From Guillardia theta CCMP2712 (lineage: Eukaryota; Protista; Cryptophyta), in assembly GCF_000315625.1 (NCBI RefSeq), contig NW_005434636.1:514424-578423 (forward strand): DNA of 64,000 nucleotides, given 5' to 3'. The notes beneath the pieces were generated by a model that saw nothing but the letters and a program-made list of their open reading frames with translations, had not been told where the DNA came from and did not search any database. Of the stretch, positions 27,467 to 39,253 are shown in pieces. Every line of letters begins with the position of its first letter. Position 1 is the stretch's first letter. The position numbers and the translations under genes were made by a program.

Positions 27467-28131
27467 GGTAGAAATATGGTACATGTGGGAAAACTCATGC
27501 GAAAAGATGAGCTGCAGGCAGACTGTACACAAGGAAGGTGGAAGACATGCAGGATCCCCTCATGTCACGGGGAGACGTGCAGGAGGACGTCTGAGTGCGC
27601 GCCATGACGTCTGAGAGAGGTGCTTTCCTGCCCTCCCTTCATTTCACCCTCACGTCTCCGCGCCCCTCCATTCTGAACGACACTTCAGATTCGACCCCTA
27701 CCCCCAATTTACCCTCCCTGAATCTGGATTGTTAATGGTGGGTAGGTACCCCTACCCTATCGTTTTACTTCAGATCACCCCACCTACCCCGAGCTCTCAA
27801 GAATGACAAGCACATGACAAGCATGGGAATAGAGCGGAGCGAGTGATGTAAACAAACAGGAAAGAAACACATCGAACAAGCAGAAAACACATGACAAAGA
27901 AACAAGCATGTCCCCTACACTTCTATGATAACTGTCATCTGATCTTTTAAAACCCTGTGAGAGCAACACTTTCTTAACAACTCTAGAACGGAATCCAACC
28001 CCAAAAAGATGAAGCTTCGAAGACAAGGCAGATTGTTTTTAAGTATCATGAGCAAATGAATAAAAACTCATTGCATATTCCGCATGCACAAGGGAATCTG
28101 GTCCTGGAATGAGTAAACAGCGAGTATCCCT

Positions 28132-29972
28132 TCACCAAGGTAGGCCATTCAAGTCATTTCTGCCAGGTTTGTCTTTGAATTCGCCAAGCTGCAAGCAGGT
28201 ATCAACTTCACAACCTTGGCAGACAACAGAGCGAACCAATTCGTATCCTTGATTGTTGAGCTTAAATACCCTGTAGGGTTGGCCGAGATTCTTCAGAATT
28301 GCTCCCCTGGGTGAATTTATCACGAGTATGAAAGGTACGAGGAAAATCGGGACCTCTCCGAGGGTATCAAACTTGGCCGTTGAATCAGAAAAAGACCCCT
28401 AGGAGTCAAGTTAATGCAGCCCAAGAATGGAGAAAGATGTTGCCTGTAGAGATAAACGATTTCGAATTGTGAAAGGAAAGAACGCCGACGGTCAGTTTCT
28501 CGAATGCCTGCATTGCACATACTCCCATCACAACTCTTGGTTGTCGAAAGCGACAACTACCGAAGGTGTATCCACCGACTGTGTCTTCTAGAATCGGATT
28601 CAACTGGCTCCGCTTGAGTGGGTCAACAACAACTTTGAAACTCTCACCAGGACCCAAGTTGCCCCCGGCAGTTTCTGGACAGCCTGCTCTTGTCCATCAG
28701 TATCAGGATGAGAGTACCTCGCACTTCACCTGCTCCACCGCCAATATCACAGAATCTCCCCGGTTGTCCTTGGGTCGCACCACCTTGTCGCTGATGGTGA
28801 GATGGATGGAAACTTCTACCACAAGTACCATGTAGATATCGCAAAGATCGTCTGCCCTGACCTCCGGTGTCATGTCGTCGCCTTGCTGATTCACTCGGTC
28901 CCTGATGACACGAGCAGAGCTGAATGTTCCGAAGCTCAGCGTGGGAGGAAGCTCCTTCCCAATACTTCGCATGTAGTACTCCTTCATACTCACTCAGCGA
29001 TTCTCCCAACTTGGAGAGAGGATACCTTGGCACTAGCGGCAGTCCCAGCAGACTCGAACAGCAGCTTCACCTGGAAGGAAGGGTAAGAGACCAGGAGCTG
29101 TCTTGAGACACGTCACCTTCATTGGAGTAACAAAAGTTGCAAGACGAAAAGCGATATCAAACATGGTGGATTCATCATAAGGAAAACGGTTCTCAATCAC
29201 TTCGTTGAGTCCAGGAACAAGCACGTCACATCTGATCCGTTTCATATCCAACGACACTGCAGTTGCGAAGTTGATTTGTGCCTGGGATACCACCATCTCA
29301 ATGTTTGTTGGCACTCTGTCACAGATGTTCTCTTCTTCTTGGGAATCTGAATCGGATTGACCCATCTGGCGTTCCAGTTCTAATCTCTTCCTCTCTTGCT
29401 CCTGTCTCCTCAATCGCAAGGGATCGAGTGCACCTTTCAAGAAACCTGGCAATTCCTTGGAGGCATCGACGCTCCTTTGATACTCCCGGCGGAGAGTTTC
29501 TGTCTCTTTCCGGTAGAGACTTTCATATTCAGAAGAATTCTGCAGCTTGTTCTCCCCTGAGGATGATGATGACTTGAGCGACACATGCCTATGACATGTT
29601 GCTCTCCCCAGCGAGGAGCTGCCATGGAAAGAGATGCCCGTTGCGGCTGACCATGAATGAACGGGTCTGAGAGAAAGACACACCAGGCCTGACACATTCG
29701 TAAGGAAGAGGGAGTGAAAAATGCCGACGAACACAACAAGGTTGAGCTCAAAGCTGAGTGGAGAGGAGGGGAGGAGGATGAGGAAGGTGTGGGGTTAATG
29801 GGAGGAGAAATAGGAAGATCAGGGGCAGGGGCAGGGGCAGGGACGCGCAAAGGAGATGAAGAGCAAAGGAGATGAAGAGCAAAGGAGATGAAGAGCAAAG
29901 GAGATGAAGAGCAAAGGAGATGAAGAGCATAGCACCGAGCAGGTAGAAGGGAACCGCACGCGTTGCAGCCAT
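28132..29972 (-). CDS. DUF1995 (LPA3-like) protein, probably plastid-targeted, multi-exon
   Basis: Segments SQAQINFATAVSLDMKRIRCDVLVPGL, LLFESAGTAASA, NPILED, RRRSFLSQFEIVYLYR and GAILKNLGQPYRVF...GEFKDKP follow the DUF1995 pattern. The putative spliced N-terminus MAATRAVPFYLLALSSTLLCSSA-FF resembles a bipartite signal with Phe at +1. Confidence 0.65.
29847..29929. repeat. 16-nt tandem repeat (gcaaaggagatgaaga) x5, in the probable first intron
   Basis: Exact repeats read directly from the sequence. Confidence 0.9.
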
Positions 29973-30184
29973 GGAGCTACAATCTCTGACATCAAATAAT
30001 TTTAGTTAATTAAAGTCTCTTAGTTAGAGCGACAACGTGAAATTTAACGGCCCGCCTCGGCATTTGTCGTATATAATCAGAAGGACAGCAGATGCCTCTA
30101 CTCGGCGACTAGCACAAAGAAAGCATCTTTCCAAGACCTCTCGATTTTTCAACGCCGGACCTATCGGAAAGCGGGTGAGAGAGA

Positions 30185-32877
30185 ATGCGGGGCAAGAAGG
30201 AGGGGATGGAGCTGGAGGAGAAGGGCAACAAGGGAAAGCTGCTGGAGTTCAGAGTATCAGGTGTGCTTGTTTCTATGGCGTCTCCCTCCCTTACCTCCTC
30301 ATCTCGATGCAGATCCCTCCTTGTTCTCCGTACCTTCGAAAGTTCACCCTGAACCAGCGGGGGAAGAGCGGGCGTTGATTGCGAGGAAGAAGAGCAAGGT
30401 AGGATGCTGCTTGCCCTTGTCCTTGCTGTCGCTCACTCCCAACTTCCAGCGGAACGCAATCAGATTTGTCAGAGAGCTGATCGTGTTTGTGCTGTGGGTG
30501 ACATGCTTCTCTGCAACAATTACTTTAACGAGGGACAACACCCTGAGCTATCAGTTCGGCTTCTTGTTCAAGAACTGGCTCATCACAAACCCAGGCTGGG
30601 GGCAGGAGCTGACAACAGTGGGAGACTTCTACTCCTTCTTGCAGGAAGTGCTGGTGAAGATACTTGCTGATGACGTTCTTCCACTTGGCACCTACTCGCC
30701 GTCTCTGTCGGCAAAGAGCTTCCTTTACGGGAACAAGAGGATCGGACCTCTCAGAATCCGACAAGTGCGCGTCCCCTATACGACCTGCCGCAACCAATAC
30801 CTGACAAGAATCCTCGGAATCGACTCTGCTGTTTCCAACATCCACTGCTACCCGCCCTTCAGCCTCTCCACGAACTTGGACAGCAAGTTCATCAATGATC
30901 TCGGAGAAACTCCCAAGTTCAACCCAACAACAGAACCTTGGTTCACTTTCTATACCGCGAAACAACTCTCCGAGATGGCGTACTTCCAGGCCGGCTTCGC
31001 AAGTTACCCCGGGTCAGGTTATGTCCTTGACGTCGACAAAACGTAACTAGACAAGTATCTGTATGCTCGAGAGTGATGCTTTCTTTGCAGTTTCTCTATC
31101 ACAAATGATCTTGTGATGGAGTTGATTCCCATCGATTCAACGCAGAATGTCAACACAAGTCTCAAAACCATTCAAGACTCAGGATGGATAGATCTCATGA
31201 CAAGAGCCATCTTCGTTGATTTCTCCTTCTGTGTGTCCTATACCCGAGCATCTCGTCTTCTCCTGACGTTTCACCTCAGTTAATCCCAATCTCAACCTCT
31301 TCTTGGTTACAAGGCTTGTGATCGAGTTCCTGTAATCTTGCAGATTTGACTTGTTCGAATGTCTGTAATGTTTGAACTAGGCCATCGGGAACAGTAACGA
31401 TGTATCCAACATTTCGAATCGTAGACCCGTTTCGATTCTCGACGGGAACAACAAAGGACTTGCTTGTCATCGCTGCATTCTCAGCTGTGGTGCTCATCAC
31501 TTTGTACTATTTCCTTGCCGACATGCTAGACATAGCGAAAGGTCCTTTCAGATTCGTCAAGTCGTTTTGGCAGGTAACTACTTTTAGCAAGCAGAAGCAA
31601 GGCATACGATCTGTGACGAATTTTGCCCGCAGATCTTTTCATTCTTGAATGTCCTTATGATGTTGGCACTGGTTGGTCTGACGGTCTGGGATGAGATGGC
31701 TGCTCGAGCGTTGTTTTCAAGCCAGCAGGGTTCGATCAAGCAAGGAGATCTGCAAGCGACAGGGTACATGTTGGATCAAGAGAAGAACCTGGCTGGGATC
31801 ATCTTGATTTTCATGTGGATCAAACTTTACAAATACTTCTCCATGTCACGAAAGCTTTCAACACTCACGCGAACCATTGCCAAGGCAGCATCGAACGTCA
31901 TATTCATTCTGATCGTGCTAATTATCCCTACCATTGGCTTTGCCATGGGATGTACATTGATCTTTGGATCTGACGACTTTTACTTCTCGAATTTCAAAAC
32001 CTCTCTTTACACGCTTCTTCGAGCAGCTTACGGAGATTTCAATTTCCAAGATTGGTCGTCAAACCGATACCTCGGTCCCATCCTGCTGCTCTTTTGGGTG
32101 TTCTTTTCAAACTTCCTTCTTCTCAACATCATCATCGCTATACTGTGTGACTCGTTTGCGGTTGTGATGGCTGAGAACGAGGAGCTAAGAGCGAGGGGAG
32201 TCAAGAGTGTCTTGGACATCTTCTTGGAATCAGGAGTCTTCGGAAAGAGGATCACCAACATCATCGAGAAGCAGAGGCAAGTCGAGGACATCGAAGCTGC
32301 TCTTGAGAAGATGGATGCAGATGGTGATGGCAAGACAGACATGCAGGAGCTTGAGTCTTGGCTGTCCTCTACAGGTGCCGACGTCGTGCTGGGAATGAAC
32401 GCAGAGGACATCATGGAGAAGTACGACAAGGATGGGAGCGGGCTGTTGGACGCGGAGGAGATGGAGCAGATCAAAAGGTGGGTGGCCTCTGAGAGAAAGA
32501 AGATCGAGGAGGAGAGACGGATGGACTCGGACGCGATGCTTGACACCGACTACCTGGAAGAAAAGCGGACGAAACCGAGCTTCGACAGCTCCACTGCCAT
32601 GGCGTTGATGCAAGGTGGTGGAGGAGGTCTGTCAACTGCTTCTGAGGAGAGGATCTTGAGCATTGAAAACAACGTGAAGGAGATCAAAGAGAAGGTTGAA
32701 GAGATTCTCAACAAACTGAACAACCTACCTCGACTCGAACTGAACCAATCCTCGTCGCAGCAAGGTAAGAGTGACAGTGACCGGGTCAGATCGACGGTCA
32801 GGGGCAGCTCTACCTTGGGCAAACCCAAAGTTGAAAACAAGTTCATGGCAGAGAAGTCCATTGTGAGCGAAGACTAG
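30185..32877 (+). CDS. PKD2: Polycystin-2 (TRPP) cation channel with EF-hands
   Basis: S1 helix, TOP domain (NKRIGPLRIRQVRV, YPGSGYVLD, GWIDLMTRAIFVDF), WIKLYKY, pore TLLRAAYGDF, LLNIIIAILCDSF, two EF-hands (DADGDGKTD, DKDGSGLLD) and a coiled coil. Confidence 0.9.
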
Positions 32878-33401
32878 ATGTATTTGTAAAACCTTGTTGT
32901 AATTATGAGCATTGAACGTGTATTGGTGGGTTCGACTGGTCCCATTCAGATCTCTGAGATTAGCTATTTCTCATGCGATTTCTCAAGGACAGCAACTTCT
33001 GATCTCTCGCTGCTCTGACTACTCATACCCTTGATCCTTTTTATTCCCTTTTCCTATCGCTCCCCTTCCAAGAGATAACTCAGACTCTCATGGAGGATTT
33101 ATCGGTAAGCAGTTTTGTTTTAGTAACGAGGAACATCTGATAGCCTACATCCAAGCATTGATACTCTGCAAGCTAAGGAATCAGTTTCACATTCGATTAG
33201 CGGCTTATCAATACTTCAGTCTTTCTCAGCTCAACATTCTTTGTTCCTCCCTCTCTTTCCCTCTCAGTCAGTTTCTGTCTTTTGCCATTTCTCTTCTCCG
33301 TTTGTCCACGTCTCATTCAGTGCAGACATGGTCGATTTCGACTATCTGCCAGTCGTTCAATGGTGTATCTGGTCACAACATGAGGGAAAGAGACGTGAAG
33401 A

Positions 33402-33730
33402 TGATTCAAGTGGTGATTCTTTCAACAACTTTAGTGATTCAAGTAGTGATTCTTTCAACAACTTTAGTGATTCAAGTAGTGATTCTTTCAACAACTTTAG
33501 TGATTCAAGTAGTGATTCTTTCAACAACTTTAGTGATTCAAGTAGTGATTCTTTCAACAACTTTAGTGATTCAAGTAGTGATTCTTTCAACAACTTTAGT
33601 GATTCAAGTAGTGATTCTTTCAACAACTTTAGTGATTCAAGTAGTGATTCTTTCAACAACTTTAGTGATTCAAGTAGTGATTCTTTCAACAACTTTAGTG
33701 ATTCAAGTAGTGATTCTTTCAACAACTTTA
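33402..33730. repeat. 33-nt minisatellite, about 10 copies (gattctttcaacaactttagtgattcaagtagt)
   Basis: Near-perfect tandem array read directly; followed by a 32-nt duplication at 33732-33795. Confidence 0.95.
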
Positions 33731-33825
33731 GAGCTAAGGGTTCGCCTCGTTGAACGACCACCCAGCTAAGGGTTCGCCTCGTTGAACGACCACCCCTGTT
33801 GGCTGGCCTTGCGCTTACTGGTTCT

Positions 33826-34765
33826 TCATGCTCCTTCATGAGCAGCCGGGATCCGCGTCAAGAAGGACTGCAAATGATCTTCATTTACATGGACGATGAA
33901 ACCCTCGCCCAGGCCGTTGTAACGATCCATGACGAAGAGATTCTTGCGGGTCCCGGAGGTCAAGCAAGTCACCGCGTGTAAGACGGACCTCGGATGACAG
34001 CAGATCGAGCCAGCTGGACGTTGCAAGAGGACGAGCTCGTCCTGCGAGGCGTCTTGTTTGAGGTTGAAGAAGCAAAGCTGTCCTCTTTCGTATTCCGTGG
34101 TCTCGTTGAGCGCGATTTGTACGGTGCGGGTGGCGTTGATTCCGTCACAATGAAATTCGATACACGCGTTGGTCGGGCCGCGAGTCATGCGCAGGGCTAT
34201 CTTGAATCCGCCTTGACCGTCTTCGTTGAACAACTGACCGAGCTGCTTCAAAGTCTCCCTGCCCTTGGCTGGCCTGAGCCTCTCCTTCCCTCCTCCTGCC
34301 TCCATCAGTCGCGCAAACAGCTCGTCAGGCACAGCAACGCGCATGTCAAGAAGCTGCCTAGCCGTGGCGTCTGAGGTCTCCCACAGGAAGTCAAGAAACC
34401 TGGCTAGGAGGCTGCGAGTCGGAGGATCAAGAACAGGGTCCTCCCCGGGAAGCTTCAAGGTGAAGCTCGCGCCTTCCGTCGCGTGCTCTCTCTTCGCTTT
34501 GATCCGGAGCTGCGCCATCGGCTTCATGGCCCTCGCACGATCATCGTTGGAGAGCATCAGGTAAGCGACCAGAGGATCTGAGAAGTCGCTGGAGGTGAAT
34601 GCGGTAATACTACCTCTTAAGCGTAGTATCAAATTAATCGTTGATTCTCCGTGAATATTGTAGTCAGCAAGAGTTCGTTCATCTTCGAGCTGCCGGCCCG
34701 CTAATATAAACCTCTGATCATCGGCAAGAATGCCTTCCTTGTCGTTAATCTTCGACTTCACACTG
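33826..34765 (-). pseudogene. 5'-truncated ubiquitin-like domain fused to a 2OG-Fe(II) oxygenase; 3' part of the disrupted U-box/kinase gene
   Basis: [50 protein letters not shown] corresponds to ubiquitin residues about 26-75; FHCD...LHAVT...TRKNL gives the HxD/H/R signature; out of frame with the upstream kinase. Confidence 0.75.
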
Positions 34766-36655
34766 GAGCTCCGCCTGCTTCCTCTTGTTCCGTTGCTCTC
34801 TGATTCTCCGCAGCGCAGCCACAAGTTCGGAAAAACTCGGCCGGTCCTTGGCCGACGAAGCCCAGCAGCGCATCACGAGGGCCCACAAGGAGTCCGGGCA
34901 CTCTCCTGCGATGACGTGCCTGGGCAGTCTACCTCCCTGAAGCACATGCTCGAGCACAGCACGGTCATCGGACAGATCGTAGTAGGGGATGCTCCCTGAC
35001 GTCAGAACCTCCCACATCGTCACGGCAAAGGACCAAACGTCGCTGCTCTCCGAGAATCGCCCCTTCTGTAGCGCCTCGGGCGGCATGTAGCGTCTCGGTA
35101 GGTTTTCAGACCCCACGATGACGTGGCTGCGGTCGGAGGAGCTAACGGCCAGCCCGTAGCCGCTGACCTTGACTTTCGTCCTTTCGACCTCCCGCTCGTC
35201 ATAGGCGAACAGCAGGACGTTGCGGGCTGCCAGGCCTCGATGGATGACACCCTTGGAAGTGAGGAACTCCATTCCTTCTGCGATCTGCTGCATCATCAAG
35301 AGCTGGTGCGGCAGGGTGATGGTCTCCTCTATCTCCTCGAATGCAGCGGACAGAGACCCCTTCTCCGCAAACTCCGTGATGAGAAAGTTTTGACCCTCGT
35401 GCGTGTACTGACCCATGAAACGAACAAGTTGCGGATGACGACCCAGCTTCAGAAAGATGCTTGCTTCCATGGCAGATTCTCCCTGTCGTAGCTGCAATAC
35501 AGCCACTGATGCTTTCTTGCCATCCTGACCTCGCACTCGTAACTTTCCTTGGAAGACAGTCTTGGAAGACCCAAGAGCCAAAGGCTCGGGCTCCACCTCG
35601 ACATCAGCCTTTGTAAGATGCATCGCGCAAGCGTCTTCCCAGTCCTCGATGACCTGGCGCAGCGACAAGTTTGAGACGAGAGTCTTGCACGGGACGGCGG
35701 CGGGGATGGGGGCGGCGACCCTGCGCATCGGCTTCTTGCCCTGGGAGGGCTGGGAGGAGGGGGAGGCGACGTTCTCGATGGTCCTCTTGTTGGTGCTGTG
35801 GCGGATGCTGTTGTGGACGTTGAGCTGCAGCGGCACTCCCGTGCTCTTGCTGATGGCCTCGTCGGACAGCGCCGTGTTCAGGTAGGAGGAGAGGAAGCCG
35901 ACGACCTGAGGGTTGAGCTTCTTGTCGCTGAGCTGGGTGATGAATGTCTTGGCGTGCTTGTTGAATTCCATCTGCCTCACCATGAAGGTTTTGGCGAGAA
36001 CGTTGATGATCGATACCCCCGCCTTGCACTGCATGTAGACCTGGGAGCACCCCCAGAAGATGGATGGGATGAGGCTGTGGATGTACTTCGCGTCCTCCTT
36101 CGCGGGCCCATCTTCCATGGCCTTGATCTCGGTGTCAGCGTCCCAGCCCTGCCCCACATCGAAGACCGTGCCCTGGAGCGTGAGGACGAAGGGCCGGATC
36201 GTCTGGTTCGGGTGGGTGATGGCGAAGACGACGCTGGAGCTGACGGGGTCGACGACGCGGCTCTCGGGGGAGTCGCACTGGCTGACAAAATCCGAGAGGC
36301 TCGAGATGATCTCCGGGATCTTATTCTGCTTGAGGATCTCGTCCACGGCCTCCTGCGAGAGCACGTTGGAGTGGTTGTTCATGGAGATGTAGGTGCATTC
36401 CCTCTTCTTGCACATGTGCACGATGCCGTACTCGGAGGTGAAGACGTTGTCCTTGGCAAATTTGAAGGGGAAGGTGATGCCGTTCAGCTTGGCGCTCCCG
36501 AGCTTCGCGACCGCGTCCGCTGCATCGTGGGTCACGGTGAAGATGGTGCGGTTCTTGAAGGTCTGGATCCTCACTCGGGCGTCCGGGGAGGTGACGTGTT
36601 GCGGAGATCCGGAATACTTGTTCAGGAAGACCGTGGGCATGGCGGTGGAAGACAT
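34745..36655 (-). CDS. Chimeric ORF: unknown insertion-derived N-terminus, U-box C-terminal half, degenerate Tyr-kinase-like domain
   Basis: 636-aa ORF; [18 protein letters not shown] is the end of a U-box; kinase motifs [39 protein letters not shown] and CW...RPSF, with the catalytic Asp residues replaced. Confidence 0.75.
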   Translation of the reverse strand: MSSTAMPTVFLNKYSGSPQHVTSPDARVRIQTFKNRTIFTVTHDAADAVAKLGSAKLNGITFPFKFAKDNVFTSEYGIVHMCKKRECTYISMNNHSNVLSQEAVDEILKQNKIPEIISSLSDFVSQCDSPESRVVDPVSSSVVFAITHPNQTIRPFVLTLQGTVFDVGQGWDADTEIKAMEDGPAKEDAKYIHSLIPSIFWGCSQVYMQCKAGVSIINVLAKTFMVRQMEFNKHAKTFITQLSDKKLNPQVVGFLSSYLNTALSDEAISKSTGVPLQLNVHNSIRHSTNKRTIENVASPSSQPSQGKKPMRRVAAPIPAAVPCKTLVSNLSLRQVIEDWEDACAMHLTKADVEVEPEPLALGSSKTVFQGKLRVRGQDGKKASVAVLQLRQGESAMEASIFLKLGRHPQLVRFMGQYTHEGQNFLITEFAEKGSLSAAFEEIEETITLPHQLLMMQQIAEGMEFLTSKGVIHRGLAARNVLLFAYDEREVERTKVKVSGYGLAVSSSDRSHVIVGSENLPRRYMPPEALQKGRFSESSDVWSFAVTMWEVLTSGSIPYYDLSDDRAVLEHVLQGGRLPRHVIAGECPDSLWALVMRCWASSAKDRPSFSELVAALRRIREQRNKRKQAELQCEVED

Positions 36656-36664
36656 GTCCGATGG

Positions 36665-36818
36665 GTCCGTAAAAATTGGGTGATGGATGGGGTGGTCCGT
36701 AAATTCAATGGGTGGGTGGGGTGGTCCGTAAATTCAATGGGTGGGTGGGGTGGTCCGTAAATTCAATGGGTGGGTGGGGTGGTCCGTAAATTCAATGGGT
36801 GGGTGGGGTGGTCCGTAA
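36665..36818. repeat. 29-nt G-rich tandem repeat (gtccgtaaattcaatgggtgggtggggtg): 4 exact copies, 1 degenerate, 1 partial
   Basis: Read directly; lies just upstream of the ATG at 36655. Confidence 0.95.
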
Positions 36819-37033
36819 GCGTGGCAAGTGTGGCGCGGGAGAGAATTTCTGAGCTGGAGTCCCCGCTGGCGGTTTTTATAGATTACAACAGGGGACGGTT
36901 GCAAAAAGCCGTTAAATTCCGGTACAAATCAAACTATATGTTTTTAACTCGACTTTCTCTAAAAATGGATTTTTAAAATCACTTTTATTCACGTTTCCTC
37001 TTGTTTGTGGCTTTATTGGAACATTGCTGGGGC

Positions 37034-37993
37034 TTAAGAATGTCCTCTATCGAGTCCAGGAGCACCTCCCGGGCTATGCAGTTCAGTACTGCCGCCCTGT
37101 AGGACCTCCTGAACCTCGCCGGGCGCGGCGCTGTCCAGCGGGATCTGTATGAAGTCCCGGAAGTGCTGGATGAACTCCCCCCGGTCGGCCGAGAGGCGGT
37201 TTATGATGGTGGAGATGAGGGTCACCAGCCCGTACACGTCGGAGACCGCAAAGTCGCGGAGGATGAAGGCGTCATGGTTCCTTATGATCGGGTACTCGCC
37301 GCGGTTGTCCGTGAGCTTCATGATCTTGTTGAGCACGGACCTCGGCACGAGCCTTGGGCATGGCAGGTGGTTGTATCAAGGTGCTATCGCGGTTCATGTA
37401 ATCGTCGATGATCTTCTCGACGAAGGCGTTCCCCCAATCGATGAGGAACGCGCGACCCTCGCTGTCTATGGTGAGGTTGTCCTGCTTCAGGTCCGTGTGG
37501 AAGACGCCGTGCGCATGCAGCATCGGCAGGTAGGAGGCGATGCTCTTGAAGGAGTCCACGATGCTCTGCAGCCTGTTGCTCCCCACCGACGCGATCAGCT
37601 TCTCCGCGTCGGCCATGGACAGCCCCCGGTACTTCAGTATCGCATACATACGTCGTTGCCCTTGGAGTTGAACTGGCCGTATCCCCTCCAGAGGGAGACG
37701 TGCATGTTGTACTCGTTCCTCCTCTTCATCAGCCCCCATATGTATTCGTTGTTGTCCCTCTCGAACTCGAAGAGGTCGTTGTTCTTGAACAGCTTCACCG
37801 CCAGCCTCTCGCTGTTCGCATCCCCCCTCCTCACCGTGAGGCTGTGTTGGAGGATCTTCTCGATCAGCTCACAGAGCTCTGGATCGTCGGTGATGAGGGT
37901 GAATTGGTTGTCCTCCGTATCGTTACCGCTGTCAACGATCATATGGTACTGCTTGGAAATCCACAATTCTTTCGTACGTCCGTAAATTGGCAT
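37034..37993 (-). pseudogene. Frameshifted intronless Ser/Thr protein kinase inside the insertion
   Basis: LAVKLF (ORF 37634-38128), HTDLKQDN and LIDWG (37272-37739), and SDVYGL (37034-37348) lie in three frames; frameshifts near 37650 and 37350. Confidence 0.75.
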
Positions 37994-39253
37994 GGGATGG
38001 GAGGGAGTGTCGGGCGTTGCGCGTGCTTCGATTTTATAGAAGATTCTCTGCCTCCCCCTCCATTGAACACCCCGTGCAGGTTGCACAGCTCGACGATCCT
38101 CACCTGAGTCCTGCAGCGGAGCCGCCACAGGTCCACGGTCGTGCGCTGGTCCGCGATCTGCTGGGAGACGGATATGTCCGGGGCGATATCCCCCACGTAG
38201 AGCAGGGCCTTCAGCCTCGCCAGCTCGATGATGAACCGGGAGCAGAAGGCCGGGGGCTGCGAAGTGTGCACCAACCTCATCACCGGCATCAGGTGGTTGC
38301 GGAAGTACTGCGAGACGTCATCCAGGCTCACGATGTAGCTCTTGAAGCCGTTCAAGCTGTGATCGGACACCGAGTCGTCGATGCAGTCCTCGATGGCCAC
38401 GGATGTGTCGGTGTCGGGGTTGTAGATCCGATGCCTCCGCTGGGACGGGTTGAGGACGGTGTGGTAGTTGGAGAAGAGCCACTCGCCGTTGGACAGGCGG
38501 ACCCCCCGACGGACCCTCGTACAGGAAGTCGCCCCAGTTGTAGTTGTAGGTGATCCCCGACCTTGAATCGAGCCCCCCGAACCACCGGTCGATCTGCTCG
38601 CTGTTCACCACCCCCCACACGTCGGAGAGGGCCATGTCCGGGCACTTCCAGTCGGCATTCCAGACCACCTCCATCACGCGGTAGACCGTCACCCAGTCGT
38701 CGAAGCTGACGTAGGACCCCGCCGTGCAGATGTGGCATCCACCATGCACCTCTGATTGTTGGTCGTGGCCCACCCTCAGCAGCAGCGCTTGATGTGGCCC
38801 GAGACGTTCTGCCCGAAGGGCCCGTAGTAGGCCATGTTGATGGCAGCCATTCCATCCCTCACGGTGTAGTAGTAGCTGTTGCCGATCTCGATCCTCGCCC
38901 CGCTCTTCGACGCCATGGTGGAAGAGGGCGCCGGGATGGCGGTGGACCTCCTCTCCCTGCATCTCACGCTGCTGGAGGGCATGTATCTCACCTCCCCGCC
39001 CCGGAAGCCCCTGTAGAAGGGGGAGAGCTGCTTCGCCGTGCCCAGGATCTTCTCCACGGCCTCCTCGATGGCGTGGGTCTGCGAGAGCATGTTGACACAG
39101 ACATCCCAGAGCGTCCCGTTCTTTGCCGGCTGGATCGTCTCCTCGGTGCTGTAGTGCAGGATCCTGCCGGAGGGGTCGAACATCGCCTCGTCCCTCGCGA
39201 GCGTCATCATCGCGTCCGTCATGGGGAGGGCCCAGGCATCGTACAGCGTCTGG
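37939..39253 (-). pseudogene. 5'-truncated, frameshifted gene of unknown function inside the insertion
   Basis: Protein-like, GC3-rich reading continues across frames (QTLYDAWALPMTDAMM..., CHICTAGSYVSFDDW..., AIEDCIDDSV...); no family recognised. Confidence 0.5.

Larger units (their letters stand above)
35693..39253 (-). mobile_element. About 3.56-kb foreign, virus-like insertion interrupting a U-box
   Basis: U-box halves flank it (HDTSP ends at 39254; PCKTLVSN begins at 35692). It holds three co-oriented intronless GC3-rich gene segments, truncated at both borders; no transposase, TIR or TSD seen. Confidence 0.7.

Noticed and set aside
33158-33839. Three repeat-encoded ORFs as real proteins
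   Set aside because: They are open only because the 33-nt unit lacks stops; no other coding evidence.
35798-36760. 320-aa plus-strand ORF
   Set aside because: Antisense shadow of a GC3-rich gene; the same applies to 2489-3322, 16096-16884, 17959-18780, 37149-37985 and 62321-63028.
36665-36818. 29-nt repeats as a CRISPR array
   Set aside because: Units are head-to-tail with no spacers; no cas genes; eukaryotic context.
35693-39253. Insert as a giant spliceosomal intron restoring the U-box
   Set aside because: No GT at the junction; the nearest GT (about 39243) and AG (about 35721) are in incompatible phases.
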